Below, piece after piece: positions 47,660 to 52,864 of a stretch of DNA of 52,864 nucleotides; position 1 is the stretch's first letter; every line of letters starts with the position of its first letter. Source of the stretch: Priapulus caudatus (lineage: Eukaryota); contig NW_014577089.1 in NCBI RefSeq assembly GCF_000485595.1, positions 1 through 52,864 on the forward strand. Direction: 5' to 3'. The notes under the pieces were generated by a model. It saw only the letters and a list, made by a program, of their open reading frames with translations, was not told the origin of the DNA and made no database searches. The translations under genes were made by a program, and so were the position numbers.

Positions 47660-47709
47660 CAGGAGTTAATGAGATACAGTCTTTTTTAGTTTTGTCTCAT
47701 TAACTCCTG
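47660..47709. mobile_element. 50-bp minimal CAGGAG-family hairpin element
   Basis: 15-bp perfect arms CAGGAGTTAATGAGA; 7-bp duplication ATCATAC. Confidence 0.75.
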
Positions 47710-48214
47710 ATCATACTAATAGCTAGGTTATGCGGCTGACAGCTGAAACGGATCTAGACACCTGATCCAAGAATCTGGGCCATCGGTGATGTAACTGCGC
47801 GTACGTTCACTGGTGCCCAGTTCCGGTAAGATCTAAACGTAGGCAAATACGAAATATAATGTGCTTACGAATGCGAGAATTTTTTTCCATCTTTCATGTT
47901 CAAGTCTGAAAATCTTATGCTTGAACTACGCGCCTCCGTTCTCTCCTTTGCACACGTCCACGGTTGCTTTTAAAATCCGTCGAGTATGATTTCAAAAGGT
48001 GACTTCATTCATTACCAACGCGATTCACTCGCTTCTTACGTCAGCGAGGCATCCACTAACTAGCCGACGACCTTGCCTTTGATGTTGCTCGTTTACCGTC
48101 ACCTGTCAATGCAGTATAGAGCTTGCCCCTAGAGTAGTGCACCTACTGGGCTCTCACAATATTTTGTATGTTCCCCTTTCACGACAGAGATTTCGGTTGC
48201 AACCATCACAAACA

Positions 48215-48420
48215 ATTCAGGATGATGATGAAACGAATGAACGACGACGATGACGATGTGATGAGGAAGATGATGATGATTAAGAGGATGATGCTGAGAC
48301 TGATGACGACGATTATGATGACGACGCGATGGTGATGTGGCGGGCAAACATAATGCATAATAATGACAGCGATGACGGTGATTATGCTGACAATAGTTAT
48401 GATAATTACGATGATGACAA
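48215..48420. repeat. Degenerate (GAT/GAC)n trinucleotide tract
   Basis: Seen directly. Confidence 0.85.
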
Positions 48421-48715
48421 GGCACACGGCCTCTGCCACCGCATCGCACCCTCATAAACACACACTCGCTCAATCCTCAATGATGTAATCCATTCTATTA
48501 GCAAGAGACGAGCCACAGTGAGCTATCCCTCAGCGGACACGCCGATGATCGCACGCGTTCGTTCGGTCACGTTCGATTAGTAGTTGATGTTCATGCGTGA
48601 CTGCCCGCACCACAGAGTCAACAATACCTCCAAATTCATCAATGTATAAAAATATCGCAAAATCCGACGTAGAATATCAGGCGATCTAGCTCGTGCGCAC
48701 GAGAGAGAATACGAT

Positions 48716-48772
48716 CAGGAGTGAATAATAGAGATCCATAATAATTAATATAATCTCTATTATTCACTCCTG
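48716..48772. mobile_element. 57-bp minimal CAGGAG-family hairpin element
   Basis: 20-bp perfect arms CAGGAGTGAATAATAGAGAT; 7-bp duplication ATACGAT. Confidence 0.8.
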
Positions 48773-51651
48773 ATACGATCAGTTAACCAGGACTGATAGA
48801 GAGCGAGGCCTCTATCTGGTTTTTTCTTCGCAGTTGCTAATTGATCATTAATAATTACATCCTGTTTTACTCTACCTAACCCGTAAGCAATTAGCACCCC
48901 GTAATTGTCTCATCAGCATTTTCGTTAACGTTTAAGCGCATTACTAATTACTCGTCATTAAACAGTTGCCACCTCTCCGTATCGTCTGTCTCACGACCTT
49001 CGTTTTACAGTAGCAAGTTTAGCAAGTGCAAGTATTAGTAGTACAAGAGAACGCAGAGAACAAAGAACGCCGTGTGTGGCACAGAGAGCAATGCAATTCG
49101 CTTTGGCTGACCTCGACACAAAAAATTCATGCACACGTCTTTCCTTTAAAAAACGACATCAAAAGTACCTAATTGTCATAAGCGCAGAGTCACAGCAAGA
49201 TGTATACTGACTGCTCTTCAAGGGTGAAGACTTATTGACTTAGGCTATTAGTTGCACACCAGTTGGTACACGCACACGTAGTTGCATGGTTTTTGTACAC
49301 ATTCCACGTGCGGTGCGTCTTAAAGGACATCGTAACCTGTTTGTGTTGGCTACATGCCAACGGCAAGATACAAATATTAACTATGCCAAAATAAACATAT
49401 TTGTTGGCATAGTTATTGTTGATAGAACCTACGCCAAACATAAATATTATGTTTATTGCACTATTAGTTGACAAAGGATTAACTCGTGGAAATTGATCAA
49501 GCACGGCCATGTTAAACGGATGTCAACTAACTGTCATTTTATATATCTCGTGTCCTGTTTAGCACGTCGCACTTGTTAGCGGTATGCTGCTAATATTTAC
49601 TATTCCAAACAAAAACATTCACTCAGCATAGTGAATTTGCTAAATACATTTATTAGCATACTGCCGCAACCCTCACCTCAGATCATTTTACTCGTATGGG
49701 GAGTTTGCTGATGCTGTAGTACTCCTGTTGTGGCAAAACCTTCCAAGATTAGATTTACCATCAAATATTGATACATAAACCCCGAATGCAAATGTCTAGA
49801 ATTTATTTTCGTTAAATATTGACTGAATGTTCGTTTGATTTTAATTCAACCTGCACAAGATTATAGAGTTAACGAAGATTCAAACAAAAAAACCTTATTC
49901 CGACTCATATTACGGCTCCACCTATACAACGATTGCACCTAGTAACAGACTGACAAGTGTGAGACCACACACGAAACACGCCACCGTGTCGACACATTTA
50001 TTGTACGTCAAACGCCAAAAGCCGAGTGTAAATGCTACGTTCCTACCATTTACCTTGAATGTAGCAAAAACATGTAAATAAGTACTTAGATTTGCATATT
50101 AAATTACACCTTACCAAAAACTAGTCATATATGATATTCAGGAGCCGTCAGCTTAAGAATTAGTGGTGCACACATTACGCGCACACTGCTCTCAACAGCT
50201 TGGCCAGCTCTTGAGAAAGTACCTCTTAGAAAGCAACACTGCGGAGGCATTTCTGCCGCAGGTCTCACGTACAGAACACGATAAATAACCACAATGGAAA
50301 GCAAACTATCAACTTCGCGTGCACATGATCGCTACTGTCATCACTAGAAATGTTGCACACGATCGAAAATATTTTGACTTTTGAATACACGATGCCACCT
50401 GGCTAAATGTTCTACGTTTGCTGGATCTATTGGAGCCGCATAGAGAAGAAGTGCAGATTACGTTCGCACTTAACCTGACCGACTGTCACGCAGCCTGTGT
50501 AGTTGCACGGAGTCAGCGGCACGACAAAAGAACTCTCAGGCGAAGGAGGAAAGCCCTTAAGCCAGACATCGATTTCGAAAATCTATCGCATCGAATCAGA
50601 ATAAGAGCGGTTGCGTGCGTCTTCCCTCCCCCCACCCCTTCTCCATCCCACTTCGCTCTCACACATACACACACACACGCAAAGGTTGCAGCACACGCAA
50701 AAACAAGACGCGAGACGCTAGGGGGTGAAACCAGCGCCTGGTGAAACGCGCGGTGAGCGAAGGGCTCTAGCCGGTTGCGGTAGCGGGTTGCCCGTTTTAC
50801 ACACATACAGCCATCGCATCAGTGCGCTAAACCAGCGTGGGGTCCCCTTTTACGATCGGTTGTGAATTGCCGAAGAAATCTCAGTTACGACTTGATAAGC
50901 GCCACGCCCGTGGGCGGAGGACGAGACCCCCAGGGGACAGCAGTGCTCGGGGGGGGGGAGCCACACATCTCCGGCTCCCCCGATGACTACAGGAGAAGGT
51001 TGCAAGACGAATGGCTGCTACGTTTACGTACTCGCCCTTCCCCGCGTGAGTGCGGGAGATGCCTACAGGAAGAATCGCTGCGTTTATGACCCTGCTACAG
51101 ATAGACTACATAAAATGGTCTATCGTTCATCGCCACAAGTATAGGGGGACAACGTAACGTGCCCCGCAGCGAAAATTCGTAAAAAGCTGCCAGCCCGGTT
51201 TTTGGCGAGCTTTATGCAAAGCGCCCACTTACTCGGCGCCTCACTGCGTGCGTCACTGAAAGCCCCCGCATGTCGCCGCACTGCGACAAATCTTTGGACT
51301 GGCACTAAATCCAGCAATTTCCACTAATTTACTCGCCAGACAGAGTGCATGCGTCCACTGAGTGGCGATCAGGTGCCAGTTTATGGTAATTAGTTTCGAG
51401 AAACAGAGAAGACCAGTCATAAAATAAAGGCTAATTACTGCCAAGTGCTGTCAGGCCTGCCTCGGTTGTGTCAACATAATCAATGAAAAAAAATTAATAT
51501 GAGTAATTTGCATGTGCACAAAGGCAGAGTCCACGAATAATCGCAAAACAAGCATATGGCAGGCACGCCTTCTACATTTAGTGGCAAATAGAGCGAGATG
51601 AAAAGTTTTTGAATTTTTAATGAAATTAAATGTATTTTTGTCAACAACAGC

Positions 51652-51827
51652 TTGCGAGAGCGAGAGCGAACGAGAGGAAAGGCAAGAAGCGCGTCAGAAA
51701 GAGAGAAGGGAGAGAGGGAGGGGTGGAGGATGGGAGGGCGGGAGGGTGAGAGAGCGAGAGAGAGAAAGACAAAGAAAGAGAAAGAGAGACAGGGAAAGAG
51801 ATATGATAGATATGATAGAGATATGAT
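51652..51827. repeat. GA-rich low-complexity tract
   Basis: Seen directly. Confidence 0.8.
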
Positions 51828-51863
51828 CAGGAGATATGATAGATTTCCTATTATCTACTCCTG
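51828..51863. mobile_element. 36-bp degenerate CAGGAG-family hairpin
   Basis: CAGGAG..ATAG / CTAT..CTCCTG with ATGAT on both flanks. Confidence 0.5.
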
Positions 51864-51964
51864 ATGATATGATATCATAAGAAAAAGGATAGGAGTACAA
51901 TGAGGAAATTAGGAACAAAACAGGACGAAAAATTACAACATGGTAACAGAATATTCTCCAGTCA

Positions 51965-52028
51965 CTACCGTAAATACCGTAAATAAACCTCGTCTCCACC
52001 GTAAATCCCGTAAATAAACACCGCCCTG
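51965..52028. mobile_element. Probable lone hAT-MITE terminus
   Basis: Four CCGTAAAT subterminal repeats ending in CACCGCCCTG; partner end not found. Confidence 0.4.
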
Positions 52029-52864
52029 CGTGACCAAATAGGTATAGCAGTATTGACCGGCCGGGAAGAGAAGACAATGGACCACTCAGCAATCTCACTG
52101 TAGCGGCCGTTCGGCAGTGTACGCGTGCGTGCGCCCCGTAGAACGCGAGTAGAAAGAACGCCATTGATCCGGGCACAGTGAAAAATCCTCAGCTGCACGA
52201 GGCATTTGCTGAGCACGGTAAATACAGAGCCCCGGCCACAGAACAGGTGCTGAGCTGTTTCTCGACGCAGCGCTCTCACATTTTACGCTCAAAATCAATA
52301 TTTTACTTGAAATTAATTACACACGGCAGGTTACATTCATGCACTGCACGCACACAATATGGATAAGCACATGCACGCACAACGCCACCTTTTCGCCCAC
52401 AGTAGAGCGGGGAACGCAAGTTAGGTCGCGCTTGCTAATATTTTGGTTACGTGTGCTTGCATTGCTCTATGCCACGCTAAAGTTAGAGAACACGACAAGC
52501 TTACGTCCCTATTACAGCAGATCTCCTTTTCTCGGATACTAGGTATGAGATATCCCCCGAGATAGCCACCGAGATAAATCTTCGGGATAGAACCTATTAG
52601 TCTCAAATACGTGTGAGCATCTACTACGACCACAGCTTCTGCACAAGCGCCATCAGACTGCTCCCCTGATGTCGTCACTCAACAGGCGGTTCAAGTCTAA
52701 GGACGTCTGACACTGAAGTAGCCCATCGCCAGTTACAACCTATAGCCTACTAGTGATCATCATACCCTACTGAGCAGTTTGACAAAATGCGCTCGATTCA
52801 AGGAGTGTGTTTACAGAATTCTATACAACCGCAGCAGCCACAAAAACGAACACAAACAATCTTA

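Noticed and set aside
48129..48473. His-rich or Ile-rich small protein
   Set aside because: Translation of a degenerate GAT trinucleotide tract; no splice or start support.
1..52864. tRNA, rRNA, snRNA or SECIS elements
   Set aside because: None recognised by eye. A covariance-model scan (tRNAscan-SE, Infernal/Rfam) would be needed to exclude them.

Overview
Animal (most likely invertebrate) nuclear DNA from a draft assembly with five N-gaps. Four spliced genes were rebuilt by hand from GT-AG boundaries with consistent phases: WDR76 (+, 11 exons 1710-9654, start codon not located), TSSC4 (-, main exon 10968-11836), FAM8A1 (+, 5 exons 15387-19724) and a large NCKAP5/NCKAP5L-family gene (-, about 47016 to 23797). 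Introns and intergenic DNA hold the 3' end of a Ty3/Gypsy LTR element, several non-autonomous DNA transposons (Harbinger-like, hAT-like, a nested pair, a foldback family with CAGGAG ends) and mini/microsatellites. The ~5.4 kb apparent inverted duplication inside NCKAP5 (31845-37290) is best read as a reversed, error-rich gap-fill from the other haplotype. It carries the missing piece of the giant exon and a transposon absent from the main copy. I found no convincing new protein-coding system and no CRISPR, rRNA or tRNA. The best leads are the CAGGAG foldback family with 36-57 bp minimal members and 7-bp target duplications, a higher-order minisatellite built from TACGTGC motifs, and a minisatellite that amplifies a splice acceptor. 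Family names come from recognising motifs from memory; no database search was run.
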